A DNA stretch of 64,000 nt, from assembly GCA_040285855.1 (NCBI GenBank), contig JAUFOQ010000006.1:806001-870000 (forward strand), in the 5' to 3' direction. The DNA comes from Eukaryota sp. GEM-RC1. Taxonomy: Eukaryota. Each line of letters starts with the position of its first letter. Position 1 is the first letter of the stretch. The notes below the pieces were generated by a model that saw only the letters and a program-made list of their open reading frames with translations, made no database searches and was not told the origin of the DNA. This document shows positions 11,298 through 22,977 of the stretch, piece after piece. The translations under genes were made by a program, and so were the position numbers.

Positions 11298-11789
11298 TCA
11301 ACTGGCAAATGAAAGATCAAGATGTCTTAAAACAGGCACAGAAATCGTAAAAGGAATGGATGAAAGAGATTTAGACAGAGATTTAGACAACGAAGGTTGT
11401 CTCTTAGGAGTATAAGTTTCAGTCACTGTCGGTTCCTCAGAAATCCGAGAACTGTGGAACGATGAGCTGTGGAAGGGTTTTCGATGTGTTGAAGACAATG
11501 ATGTGGTTTTCCTCAGTATTGGAGACTGTGTTGACTTGGAAGGAGAAGGACCACCAGATATATTAAGATATTCAGACAGTTTGTCAGAAAAGGAAACACT
11601 GTTAGAGGGAGACTTCAGGGATGATAGGCGACTTGAAGATGAACGTATTTTAGACGGCGTTTTGGGAGATACTTCAGTCAGCTGTGGGCTGACTTGATTC
11701 TTTCTTATAAAAACATCATCGTCGAGACCATCAAACATTGGTGTGAGAAGAGGTTGAGAGAATTCTGCTGGAAAACACTCAAACCTCAA
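11298..11789 (-). CDS. Hypothetical Ser-rich low-complexity protein; start uncertain (first ATG 11738)
   Basis: Open frame of about 150 aa with protein-like S/P/K composition and no domain. Confidence 0.45.
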   Translation of the reverse strand: MRFECFPAEFSQPLLTPMFDGLDDDVFIRKNQVSPQLTEVSPKTPSKIRSSSSRLSSLKSPSNSVSFSDKLSEYLNISGGPSPSKSTQSPILRKTTSLSSTHRKPFHSSSFHSSRISEEPTVTETYTPKRQPSLSKSLSKSLSSIPFTISVPVLRHLDLSFAS

Positions 11790-11958
11790 CTTTGCCTGCT
11801 GCTATACAACCAAGATCACAAAATCGGGACAAAAACTCCTCATAAAGTGACTCAAAATGGTACAAAATTTATAAAGAAAACTCTACATACAGGAAGTAAT
11901 TCCCTAAAAATCAACACACATAGAAAGAAATTTCAAATACTATAATAAACAATAAACA

Positions 11959-12635
11959 TTATAGACAAGAGTTGGTTATATACCTATTTCTAAAGTTAAT
12001 CAAGGAAATCATTCATACCCTTCACTATGCCTTCCAGTATACTGATACCGTGCCACGCCAAAGCTACACTTTGACGAAGACTGATGGGCATCTAAATCTG
12101 GATCAAGAGATCGTGCGGAGGTTTCAACAGGCTTACTAGATTTGGTTAACTTAACAACAGAACCCACTCGAACAACCTCTCGCCGTTCCGCTTCTGAGAT
12201 GGGAGAAGAGTCAAGAAAACGAAGATGAGGAAGTCGGGATAGAACATAGAGCCTATAGCGTTTATACTCAGCATCAGGTGCTCCTTTAAATATATCTGGA
12301 CAACACTCGTTCTTGAGAAGAGAAAGATAGTTGAGTTGGGGAAAGGACTTATTGATGTTTGAGAGTAGAGTGTCGAGGTCTTCAATTTTGTTGTCGTTAA
12401 GCCAAAGAGTCTGAAGTAGTGGAAGTTCTGGAAACGGTTCACATCCAGTTATCGAATTTTTGTCTAGAACTAAGGATTTAATGTTTGGGAAGTGAGAAAG
12501 TTCGGAAAAGGAGACAAGGCAATTATCGGAGAGGTCTACTGATTCATAGTGAGTTCCATGTTGAGTGAGGAAATCATCAGGTAAAGAAGAAAGCTCCTGA
12601 CCTACTAAGGCCAAGTGAACATTGTTATCAGCCAT
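11959..12635 (-). CDS. LRMDA: Leucine-rich melanocyte differentiation-associated protein-like (C10orf11)
   Basis: LRRs, LRRcap (Y.RYRLYVL..LP.L.FLDS) and the family C-terminus FGVARYQYTGRHSEGNRYITNSCL after removing a 29-nt intron (11990..12018). Confidence 0.85.
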
Positions 12636-12679
12636 TGAGAGAATCTACTAGTAGAATATTGCAAGCCAAAAATACACTT

Positions 12680-13582
12680 TTGCTATAATCTTGACAAAAT
12701 CTTGACAACTTCTTACAACTCTCTCTTCGCATTTCTCACTTCAATTTGTTATCAGGTAGAGTGTATCAAACAACTCAGTTGTGTGAGATCTACAACACAG
12801 CGTTCTCTGAGATATCATATTGTTTGTGTCTTCCAGAAAAAAGATGGTAGGACCATATAGATGTGTATCGTGAATATATTATCATCATTATGCTTGAAGA
12901 TATCTATTTGCTTGTGTCATCGAATGAATACTGTGTTTATTTGTATAAAGATCATAACCTAATACATGTTCTTCAGTTGGGTACTGCTGATTTTGTTGAG
13001 TACAATCACATTCAATGTAATATGGATGTTGTTAACTCTACAACTGTGTTCAAGACTGTTGATCAGGTGACGTTGAAAAAACTTGTTAAGTGATTTCATT
13101 TATACAGATTCCGTAAGCTATATCATAATCAAGAATACAACACTTTGGCTAAGACAATGAGAATAAACTGAAAACATAACCAGATGTCATTCCTTAAAAA
13201 AGATACCATGATGCAGATGATTTCAGAAGAGGAAGTTGTTGAGCCCCTAACAGCTAAGATCATTTTCGAACACCAACAATAGACGCAAGCAGTTCACGTC
13301 CCTAACAGTAGTAGTGTAGTGGATCTACACTACTGCTATTTGTGAGTCACACATGTCATGGTTCTTGAAGAGAACCCATAAAGGAAAGTTCAGGATTCAA
13401 AGGACGATATGAAGACAGATGCAGATGAAACGGAAGTGAAGACATCATTCAAGGAAATATCCACTTCTGTCAAGATTCTAGCAAAAATGAGAAGTTGTCA
13501 AGATTCTAGTCAGTTTTGTCAAGAGGATAGTCAGTTTTGTCAAGATTTTAGTCAGTTTTGTCAAGATTATAGTCAAACTCCC
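12680..13582. mobile_element. Probable non-autonomous TIR transposon remnant
   Basis: Left ctataatcttgacaaaatcttgacaacttc is inverted relative to right gaagttgtcaag...ttttgtcaagattatag. The interior has only broken ORFs. Confidence 0.45.
13495..13575 (+). repeat. About 4 x 21-nt tandem repeat (ttgtcaagattctagtcagtt), subterminal to the TIR remnant
   Basis: Seen directly in the sequence. Confidence 0.85.
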
Positions 13583-13625
13583 AAAAATATCTTCCCACAA
13601 CCACTGAATCCTTCATTATGTTCAT

Positions 13626-14865
13626 ATGTCAGCGTTAATTCTGTTCAATTTTGATGCAGAAAGTCCCAGAGAAGTATCTGTAAGAACTGGAGACACAGTT
13701 ACCATTGTTTCTGGTTTAGATAACTACAAAATGTCTGGATGGACAAAAGTGCTTAAATCACCAGATGTCAGTGGGTGGGTACCTTCTACATTCATAAGTC
13801 CCGAAGTAGCTATATATAACTCTTCTCAACCAGTTGGTATAAGCAAGGATCTTATAAAACACGACTACATAACTACTCCTTCTACCTTCAGTTTGTGTGC
13901 TTCTTTCTCATCATTACCTCCGTGTGACCGTTATTCCTTCCAGAAGTCTTTTCCTGTCACATTTGTTCCTTTTTCTGTTCCCGGAATAGGTAGTTTCAGT
14001 GAGGACGTTGATTCTGTTGTTGACCGTTATCCGGCATCGTACGACCTTTCAATTCCAATTTTACCTGCCCGTTTGATCGGCTTCATTTATAAGAACGCTC
14101 TTCATGTACCAACTCTATTCAGGTCGTCTCCTTCTATTGATGATCTGACTGCGTTTATCGCAAAACTTGATAATTCTGAGTTTGCGGAGATTCCTCCCTC
14201 AACATGTCCACTTCTCGTTGGTGCTGCTCTGAAACGATATTTACGAAGTCTACCCACTCCTTTGATTTCTTCTAGAATGTTTCTGTCTCTCAACCCACTT
14301 CTTCAATGGAATAACGTCGGGGACATCGTACGAAGCCTTAGAGTTGTTCTTGTCCGCCTCTCTTCCACAAAAGGATCTCTTTTAGCTACTTTAATGTGGC
14401 TTCTCTCCGAAGTTAGCCGGTCTAACTCATCTCTTACTGCTCAAAGTCTCTCTGTTCTCTTTGGTCCTTGCGTCTTCTCCTGTGAATCGAGTAGCTCTCT
14501 GGATTCTAGTACTGACTTCTTCTCTCAAGTTCCTCAATTTGCTTTTTTTTGTTGAGAACCTCATTGCCTTTCGAGAAGCCGCCTTTAAGGACATGCCTTT
14601 CAATGTACCCCCTACTCTTGATCTTCTGCATCTCCCACCGTTCCTGTCTCCAACATCTGTACTAAAGCAACAATGTAAGCCCAAGACTGCTCGTCTGAGG
14701 TTTAGTTGGAAAGGTTTTAATCCCATTAGCCGACAGTATATTCTACTTTCTGGTAATCAAAAGGTTTCGGTTCTTTGTAAGGGGGAGGATTATTCATATG
14801 TTTGTATCGCAGGGAGTTCTAGTTGTCAATGTTATGTTCCTAATGGCCATTTATTAGTTGATTAG
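13626..14865 (+). CDS. SH3 - RhoGAP - SH3-like protein
   Basis: N-terminal SH3 (LFNFDAESPREVSV..GD...GW...GWVPSTFI), RhoGAP (LFRSSP, ALKRYLRSLPTPLI, LSVLFGP) and C-terminal SH3-like segment (..CYVPNGHL). Frameshift in the T-run at about 14543-14550. Confidence 0.85.
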
Positions 14866-15131
14866 TGTTTGTAGAGATATACCGTTCGCCATGACTTCCG
14901 TACGTTCCACCATATGTTATGGACGCCTGGCTTTTGACAATAGCATTTGGTTCAGCACTTAGTATTTTTTTATGTAAATATGTATAATCGTGAGTTGATA
15001 TCTGAACGAACCACATACAGTTGTTGTCATATACCATACACACATGGGTTTTGGTGATAGATAGAGGTTTATGGAACAAGGAAGATATGAATCAAAGTTT
15101 CACACGAAACTAACATGAGTATTGGCAAGGC

Positions 15132-15438
15132 TTAGCCCTTAAAGGATCGAACACCAGTGTAGCATACAATCGGAACGGAGAAGAGGAGGATCTTGAAAGT
15201 GGAGAAAATGTCAACACTTATCCAGAAAGAAATGATTGTTCCCAAAGAAATCGATAAAGAGAAGACGAAAAGAGCAAAAGTAAGACCGTTGATGTTCGAG
15301 AGAAGATCGAGATTGATTCGCTGCTTGATCAAAACTCCAAGAAAACTAAGAAGCAACAGACCAATGAAAGCTACTGTACTATAGCTAAGGATCAGAGAAA
15401 GAGACTCTATGGTAAGTTTGGAGCATGTTCATACCCAT
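15132..15438 (-). CDS. Hypothetical membrane protein; 3' end uncertain (may continue to about 14840)
   Basis: ATG at 15438 followed by a 28-nt intron (15407..15434) gives MESLSLILSYSTVAFIGLLLLSFLG..., with three hydrophobic segments. Confidence 0.5.
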
Positions 15439-15481
15439 TGTTGGTTTAGGGGGAATTTAGGAATTTAACTTTTTCGAACAA

Positions 15482-16513
15482 ATGCCTGGATCTGCTCCAA
15501 TCGAAGAACAAAAGGCCAATTGGGACTCCCAGCTGCTCGATCAGCAAATACAGAGGTTCAAACATATGCCTAGACACAAAAGTTATTGGACTCAATGTTG
15601 TTGCACTATCTTTGTACTCCTAATATTGGGTCTTGTTGGATTCTACTGGAAATGGAATCAGTGTAACACCGTAAGTCATTCACGTTCTTGGGTTATTGAA
15701 GATGTTTCAGCCGGATTCCGTATTCGCTCAAGAAAAGGTACATTCATTACAAAGAGTTGTCCAGATTGTCTCACTCCTCAACTGGAACTTGTTCAATACA
15801 ATGCAAGGGATTCCTTTCCTGAGCCCAAATTCAATTCTACTTCAGAAAATGGTATCTATGAATATGAAACAAATGACATTGAACTGAGTTGGATTTGGGA
15901 TTGCTATGTTATCAATGCTGTGCTTCTTGTTCCTCCCACATCGTCACAAGTTGATGACATTGATATCCACTACACCCTTGGCTTAACAACTGATGATTTC
16001 CCTGAACAATTTCCCATCTACATTAATGACAAGGTAATTGTCCCTCGTTTTAAGTTAGTTATGGAAAAGGAAACTGCTTCTATCAACAAATTGGTGACAG
16101 AACTAGCTGATATAGAAAGCACTCTTGAAGGCTCTATCACTTTCCAGGAATGTCATAGTGAAAACTGTGGTTTAAAGAGCTTAACACATTATGGTAACCA
16201 AAATCTGAAAGTCTTGTTTGAGGAATACGCCCACAATCACACAATCCAAATGTCTACAGGTTCTGGGAACATTGTGTTAGAAATAGATGAAAGTGTTGGT
16301 TCTGGATTGCTTAATGTTACGAGGTATCGTGGAGATGGATTCTTAGGATTTAGACTGAACAGAAAGACTCTATCGGAAACCCCTTATTCATTAGCTTTTG
16401 GTGACGATGCTGTTGGAAACGTATTTTTTGTTGAAGCAAAATCCAGAGCTCAACCTGGTGAGGTCTCTGTAACAATTCCTGATGATTATTTTGAATTAGT
16501 CGATATTAATTGA
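15482..16513 (+). CDS. Hypothetical type II single-pass membrane protein
   Basis: 343-aa intact ORF. CCC followed by a TM helix near aa 38-56, then a beta-rich ectodomain with Cys pairs and NxS/T sequons. Confidence 0.75.
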   Translation: MPGSAPIEEQKANWDSQLLDQQIQRFKHMPRHKSYWTQCCCTIFVLLILGLVGFYWKWNQCNTVSHSRSWVIEDVSAGFRIRSRKGTFITKSCPDCLTPQLELVQYNARDSFPEPKFNSTSENGIYEYETNDIELSWIWDCYVINAVLLVPPTSSQVDDIDIHYTLGLTTDDFPEQFPIYINDKVIVPRFKLVMEKETASINKLVTELADIESTLEGSITFQECHSENCGLKSLTHYGNQNLKVLFEEYAHNHTIQMSTGSGNIVLEIDESVGSGLLNVTRYRGDGFLGFRLNRKTLSETPYSLAFGDDAVGNVFFVEAKSRAQPGEVSVTIPDDYFELVDIN

Positions 16514-16864
16514 TAAGTGTCATGTTCTTCTATACTTACATTTCATATTTGTGGGCGTTAATATACAATTTGTACTCTTAAATGAGCTTGGTCATATGAT
16601 GTTGTTTAATCAAAAGAACGATTTTACAATAAAATGCGAATATCAATGATCTGGTCTCCGTTTAGTCTAATTAGAGTCTAATTGTTGTGTTTTACACAAT
16701 CTATGTCAATGATTGACAATCACACCCGGATTCTTCATTTACACAAACAATTTCGTTCACGTATAGACACTAATGTGTTGATTCTATTTTGGCCAAGTTG
16801 TTTGGTGGAAACTACCAGTCTTCGAAATCTCCTGCACTGCTATTGGCAAGATTGAAAGAGATTA

Positions 16865-17478
16865 TTGGACTACAACAGTATCCGGGATACATGTTTGGAT
16901 ATGTTTAAGGCTAATGGTTTTCATGGAAAAATTGAACCTTTACTTGCTAATCTTTCTGATCAGCCAAAAGTTGATAGAAGTCGTGGTGATTTGATTGGTC
17001 CTTGGTTATCTTGTCAGGAAATTATCATGGATTTCACGACTGTTGATCCTTGTAATTCAAGATCAATTTCAAAAAAATTTGATGATGATTTTTCGGCTCT
17101 TGAAGTGGCTGAAAAAGGAAAAAATACAAAGTACTGTCACTTAATTAACTAATTGAATGTTGACAGGTACAATTCTTTTGTGTTTCAACCTTTTGCGATG
17201 TCGATATACGGTAATATTGGACCAGCTGCACAAGGTTTTTTAACTTCCTTTGGTAAATTGTGTTCTGAGTATGGTAAAGTTTTCAATGAAAATTTTTTGG
17301 TTGAGTAGGTTAACGTTTGCGTTGTTTCGTTCAATGCACAGATATTTTAATTCAATTTTAGGTAAGTTGTTCGGTGATGGACAGAAGGATCATAGTTTAG
17401 ATACTTTAGTTAGTGTCTGTTAGTTATTAACTTCTGCAAATGCATTTATTTCACTGACTGATCATAAACCCTTTTTTT
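16865..17478 (+). mobile_element. RLE non-LTR retrotransposon 3' fragment
   Basis: YNSIRD..MFKANGF..KIEP...RGDL...MDFTTVDP...AEKGK.TKY and FQPFAMSIYGNIG, followed by a 3' UTR shared with 7330-7498. Confidence 0.85.
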
Positions 17479-18299
17479 TGGACTACTACACAACAAAAAA
17501 TAGTCTGTGCTATTGGTGTTGTAAAAATCCACGCAAAAGTAGATGATGGAGTTTGCTAAGGAAGTTGCTGATCATGTTAAGCAAGATGCTTCTGGCGGAA
17601 CTTTTGACCGAAAATCAAAAACATGATGCGTTGTGAATAAAATCTCCATGCTGTGTGACCCATTTCCCAGTTATAGCGCAACAAGTTAATGGAAAGTATC
17701 ACTCACACTTTGACGGTCAAGGACCCTCCGAATACAGCGTTAACAGAACTGGAATTCTCTCAGAATATGATGCAGTATTGTTGACTTTACCTCTCATAGG
17801 ATATCTAGTATTAGTGCGATTGTTAGACATAGGTTTACAGAGTAAGGTAAAAGTAAAATCTGAAGGGAATAATGATAAATAATCAACAGTATCTGTTGTT
17901 GTAGAACGATGCTGTACCTACAGTATTGAGGAGGGAATTTGGAAGTTGTCTACTAACCCAATGCAGATTATGTAATCAATTAAGAATTGATTTCCTTTGC
18001 TTGTTTGTCATAAAACTTTGTATTATAATTTCAAGTCGACCAAGACTAAATTAAATCATCAAGAATTTATCTTGGTGAACTAATTAAAATACAGTTCAAT
18101 TAGTCTCACTCATTATGTGCACATGATTGAAAGTGTCTTAAGAATTAGTCTAGCCAAGAATAATTGTCAATAACAGTGTACTTGTTTTTTAGAAGACAAG
18201 CAAGAAAAGAAACATGAACATTGAACGATTTTTTCGTGGTTAATGATTCTAATTAAGAATCAAAAAATATGTTTTATCTCTTAAAGATACATAAAGTCT

Positions 18300-18555
18300 T
18301 AAGACGTAAACAAAAATCTCAATACTATTCTATGACATGATCTTGAACCCCAGAGAGATGTTTCAAAATTCCGTCGAAATACTGAAACAATGAACGAAAT
18401 ATAGAAAAAACGAGACGATCCCTCCAAAAACAAATGTTGAACTTCTTGCCAAATTCACAACACAATTGATTAAAAGATGACAAAAACGGCTGAGCGGTAG
18501 GACCCAAATTTCCATAAATTGAAATACCGAATGGTTGAAACACCAAAGCATTAAG
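18300..18555 (-). mobile_element. RLE non-LTR retrotransposon extreme 3' fragment
   Basis: VFQPFGISIYGNLG...FWRDRLVFSIFRS. Confidence 0.75.
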
Positions 18556-18569
18556 TCCTTTTAGAAAAT

Positions 18570-19760
18570 TGCTTTTTCATCGGCTAATTTTGGCGGTGTG
18601 GGCTTTTCACGAGCTTCTTACCTAACTAAAAGTGCGTTTATTGGTGGAATGAAGAATTTTCTATTTGAATTTAAATCCAGATACGGTTTTTTGTTTAATG
18701 AAAATCTCATTCATTCTACTCCTCGGCTAAGTGCGTTAGTCTCACTTTTTGACAATTTGGATTTAGATATTTGGAACAACTGTTTTCCTTCTCATTTACC
18801 AAGTATTCCTGAAAAATCTCCATTGTCTCTCCCTTTATGTGTGGTCAAACTTCAAAATAAGATGTTGCAGGTATTTGAAAATCTGGATGTTGAAAATCGT
18901 TTTAGTGTTACTAAAATTAATAATCCCATTTTTGCTGCATTCTTAAATGATATTCAGAATTCAACTTGTTTGATCACTCAACAACCACGTCCTTTTGGGT
19001 TGCCTTTGTCCGACGAGGCTTGGAAATTAATTATGCGATTGCGTTTAGGTTTGTTTCCTGCAGAATTGCTGGACAATTCTGAATGTGTTTGTACTCATCG
19101 TCGCATTGCAACTTTTAGACATGTAATTAATTGCCCCAAATTTATTCAATTTTGTTCAGTTCTTCATAATGCTGTCAGAGATGTTACATTTGAAATGTTT
19201 AAAGCTCATGGATTTCATCCCAAAGTTGAACCTTTATTTAGGAAGTTGGGTCTTGATTTAATTGATAATTCTCGTCTAGGTGACTTACATGGTCTTTTTG
19301 TTGATTCTTGTCAAATTATCCTTGATGTTACAACAGTAGATCCATGTGCTCAAACTTATGTTAATGGCTTAAATTCAAAAGATTTCAATCACCTAGAAAC
19401 AGCTGAAGAACGTAAAATTGATTTGTATTCCAAAGATGTCGCTAAACTCAATCAAAATTTATATTCAAAATTTATATTTGTTCCATTTGCTATTTCTATT
19501 TTTGGTAGTATTGGTGAAATGACTTTTTTTAACTGATTTTGGATCTATGTGTAAGTATCAGAATAAGAGATTTAACTTATCAATTTGGCATAACCGTTTG
19601 ATTTTTTCTTTGTTCCGTTCGATGCCTAAGTTTTTTAAATCAATTTTCACAAAGTTGTATAAAAACTGTGGTACTGTTGACCAGAAATTTGCGGTGTCTA
19701 GTGTTTCATAGCTTTTTATTATGATATGTATTTTTGTACCCTCCATCAATAAACTGTTAA
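18570..19760 (+). mobile_element. Longest RLE non-LTR retrotransposon fragment (RT thumb end, CCHC, restriction-like endonuclease)
   Basis: FGGVGF thumb motif, MRLRLGL, C-x-C-x8-H-x3-C, LHNAVRD, EP, RLGD, LDVTTVDP, RK..LY, FVPFAISIFGSIG. No RT catalytic core is present, so the copy is 5'-truncated. Confidence 0.9.
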
Positions 19761-19975
19761 GTCTTATGTCTTTTTTGAAATGTTTATTGTTTGGGGATAT
19801 AATTACTGTCACACCCTTGGAGTCGCATATGCAAATGAGAAGCACAAGGCATACAATTTGTCCGCTTCTACTTTTGAACCACTGTTCAGTTTGCCAGGGG
19901 TGGGAAAAATATATTTTTATTGTATTTTTTGCAATCAATATCTACTAGTATCTATTTATTTAATGTTCTGTGAGT

Positions 19976-20120
19976 CAGTGTTCGTCAAAATATAAAACCG
20001 TAAATACGGTAACTTTTCAGACAACTCCGTATATAATATGCGTATTTTACGGAACGTTATATTTTACGGTAACAATATTTGTTTTCGTAAATCATTGCAA
20101 TACGGAACCGGATTTCCACG
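19976..20120 (+). mobile_element. Orphan hAT-like terminus (CAGTGTT) with subterminal tacgg repeats
   Basis: Starts cagtgttcgtc and carries clustered tacgg/ccgta motifs. No partner TIR found. Confidence 0.35.
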
Positions 20121-20320
20121 TATCTACAACAAGAATTCTGATCAATCTGTTCGTTCGTTTGGAGTGAAAACCATAGTAAAAATCATATTTTTTCTAACAC
20201 CACAATCCTCTTATTTTCGTTTTGGCAAGAATTAGAACCTTATTTGAAAGAAGTTGCTAGTCAAATGTTAATTTGAAGAAATGACAAGAAATGTGGACTT
20301 TTTGAACCATTCTTGTCTTC

Positions 20321-21315
20321 ATGCTTCTTGACACTGTTTTATTATGCGCTCTCCCCGCTTCTGGTAAATCCGAAGCCCGTAAGTACCTTTCTTCTCGTAC
20401 TCCAGAACAATGTAAGGAACATTTCAAATTAGGAGAAACAGTCCAGTTAGATGACTATCCTTATGTTCATATGATGCGTCAAGTTGATGATATTTTGGCT
20501 GCTGCTGGCTCCAAGAGAATCTTCTTCGCTGCTCCTGACAAAGGTTTCGCTGATGGCCGTCAATGGGGTACTCTCATCCAACTCGTCAATGAGGATTACG
20601 ATGACGTAAAGGCTCTTTCGGCACCTGAAGTTACTCAGGCTTCCTACACCGAATGGTTGTTGGAAAGAATGGACGCTGCCATGGAAAAGGTTGGCATTGA
20701 AGCTCCTTTCAAGAATTTGTCTGGATCAGATCTTGCCGCCATCAAGGAAGGTCTCGAAGATGAGGCTAAGAAGCAATATGAAGACAAAATTGCCGGAATC
20801 CCTGATACTCTTGAAGACAAGACCATTGTTATTGAGTTCGCCAGAGGTGGACCCCAAGGATCATCATTCCCTCTTCCCGGTGCTCATGGATATTTGTACT
20901 CATTTGGACAACTATCAAAGGCCATCTTAGCAAACGCCGCCGTTCTGTACATTTGGGTCACCCCCGAACAATCCAGAGCCAAGAACGTAGCCAGAGCTAT
21001 CCCCAACCAACGTGCTGATAACCTATTACAGTCACTCAATCATGGTGTTCCTGAATGGGTCATGCTCAACGAGTATGGAACTGATGACATGGAATGGTTG
21101 TTGGAACAGTCTGATAAGGAAAACTGTGTTCGTATCGAAAAGGAAGGTGACGTGTTCTATCTCCCCGTTGGTCGCTTCGATAACAGAGAGGACTATACCA
21201 CCTTTTACGTGCTCCTGTTGAGGAATGGAACCCTGAAGATGTCAAGAAGGTTACCGCTGCTATGAACAAAGCTTTCAACGACATCATTGCCCCATATGAG
21301 TCTCTTCACCAATAG
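20321..21315 (+). CDS. Uncharacterised P-loop (NMP-kinase-like fold) protein
   Basis: N-terminal Walker A-like ALPASGKS, TIVIEFARG strand and intronless ORF. A 1-nt correction in the T-run at about 21203 gives the C-terminus FLRAPVEEWNPEDVKK...SLHQ* (stop 21313-21315). Confidence 0.85.
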
Positions 21316-21593
21316 TCAGTTTAGCGTTTTATTTATTTGTGCGTCTTTATAAAGTGGATGATGTTTGACTGTGTTTAGATCATAAAAGTGTTGATGTCTA
21401 ATACAGTCATGTGTTGGGGTCGGCTCATCAAGGGGAATCGTACTACTGTACATTGTCTCACTAACGTCAGTTCTATATCAGTTCTAAACTATGAACCATT
21501 TAACAGAGATTTTGAAGCATACGTAGATTTAGTAAAATGCGCACACTCTTTCTGATGTTAGATTGAGGATTGCAATCAGAGCAATCAAAAAGC

Positions 21594-21667
21594 TGCTCTG
21601 TACAGGGGTCGAACCTGTGACCTTGGCGTTATTAGCACCACGCTCTAACCAACTGAGCTAACAGAGC
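21594..21667 (-). tRNA. tRNA-Ile (anticodon AAT)
   Basis: Cloverleaf gctctgt-ta-gctcagttggttagagc-g-tggtg ctAATaa cgcca-aggtc-acagg ttcgacc cctgt-acagagc-a, with a T5 Pol III terminator just downstream. Confidence 0.97.
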
Positions 21668-21779
21668 CGATTGCGATCGAAATTAGCGCCAACGTATTGT
21701 CATGTTGATTTGTTTATTATATTTATTGTAAATGTTATTTTCTCCGCACATAAATCCGTTTTTTTATAAATGTAATAGA

Positions 21780-22620
21780 TCAAACAACTATAATTTAATA
21801 TCATTAAGACAACACCCGTCACCATCAAATCTTACAACAGCTTAAAAAAATTTACTCACTTTTTCCTAAACGTCCGTAAATTGGAAACAGTAAAGGGCAT
21901 AAATCGTATTCAACATGTTTTACATGTTTTAAAGCCATCATTGGTTTATTGTACTTATCCCGTTTGGCTTGTTCAGAAACGTCTAAACGGGAAGTTTCAG
22001 AGTAAGCATTCTTTAAAGATGTCTTTTTACACATTACATCAACAACAAACAATTTGTCTGAAGAAGAAGGCAACAACACCTGCTCTCCGTTTACCAAAAA
22101 AAATTGGTTCCGGTTTTTGACGTTACAATTATTATTTGGTTCCAAAGATCTTAGAAGTGGTTCAACAAATGACTCATCTTTGTAAGACTTACACATATCA
22201 TGTATTTAGTCTCTTACAGCATCATGCTTACACGTTCGATAAGTTATGTAGCGATTACAACTTAACAAATGAGAAAACGTTAATTGTTTTCCACAGCTAC
22301 ATTGAAGATCATTCAATATTGAACGAAGACTTGTGCAATTTGATTAATTAATGCCACAGCAGAACTCTGCTTTAAATCAATTGAAATATTATTGAAATCT
22401 GAAATTTATTTCCTCAGTCGAGCTACACCGAACTGTAGAATTTAAACTTTCAAACTATTTGAATAAATGATTTTGTAACTTCTTTAAAGCCAGTTTTAAA
22501 CACAGAATGTTTCGACATGGAATTTCTTTGATATCAACCGGAAAGCAAGTTGAACATAACCCAGGAGAACAACGCAAGAATTTTTACATGTTTTTCAATT
22601 TCAAGAACTTTAATCTTATC
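21780..22620 (-). mobile_element. Degenerate RLE non-LTR retrotransposon 3' fragment
   Basis: CSCG...FSHLLSC...HDAVRD, SFVEPLLRSL, VVDV, KRDKY, PIYGRLGK. Confidence 0.8.
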
Positions 22621-22977
22621 CAACTCATGTTGATTTTTTTAATGGGTTTGAAATACTAGTAAGTTAATTCAAATATCATACAGTACATACCAATGGACTG
22701 TAGTCGCATTCTGAATCAAATGTCAAAATATGGTATGTGGAAAAATTTGGGAACAAGCTGTTTATACTGTCGTTAAAGTGCAGACTACTGTAGAAAGACT
22801 ACATGTAGATTGTGTAGAGTCTAAAGACAAAACATACAACTTATGATGTATGATACACTACCAAAGTAGCATCAACAGCAGTTGTTGACTGTAGCATTTA
22901 CTTTGACAAGGGGTAAGCAGACTAGATGTATGTAGGCAAATCGACATCATCCTTTCCAACCTTCTTTCACCTAAAAA

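Noticed and set aside
13409..13654. ORF with CQDSSQF repeats
   Set aside because: It is the translation of the 21-nt subterminal DNA repeat of a transposon remnant.
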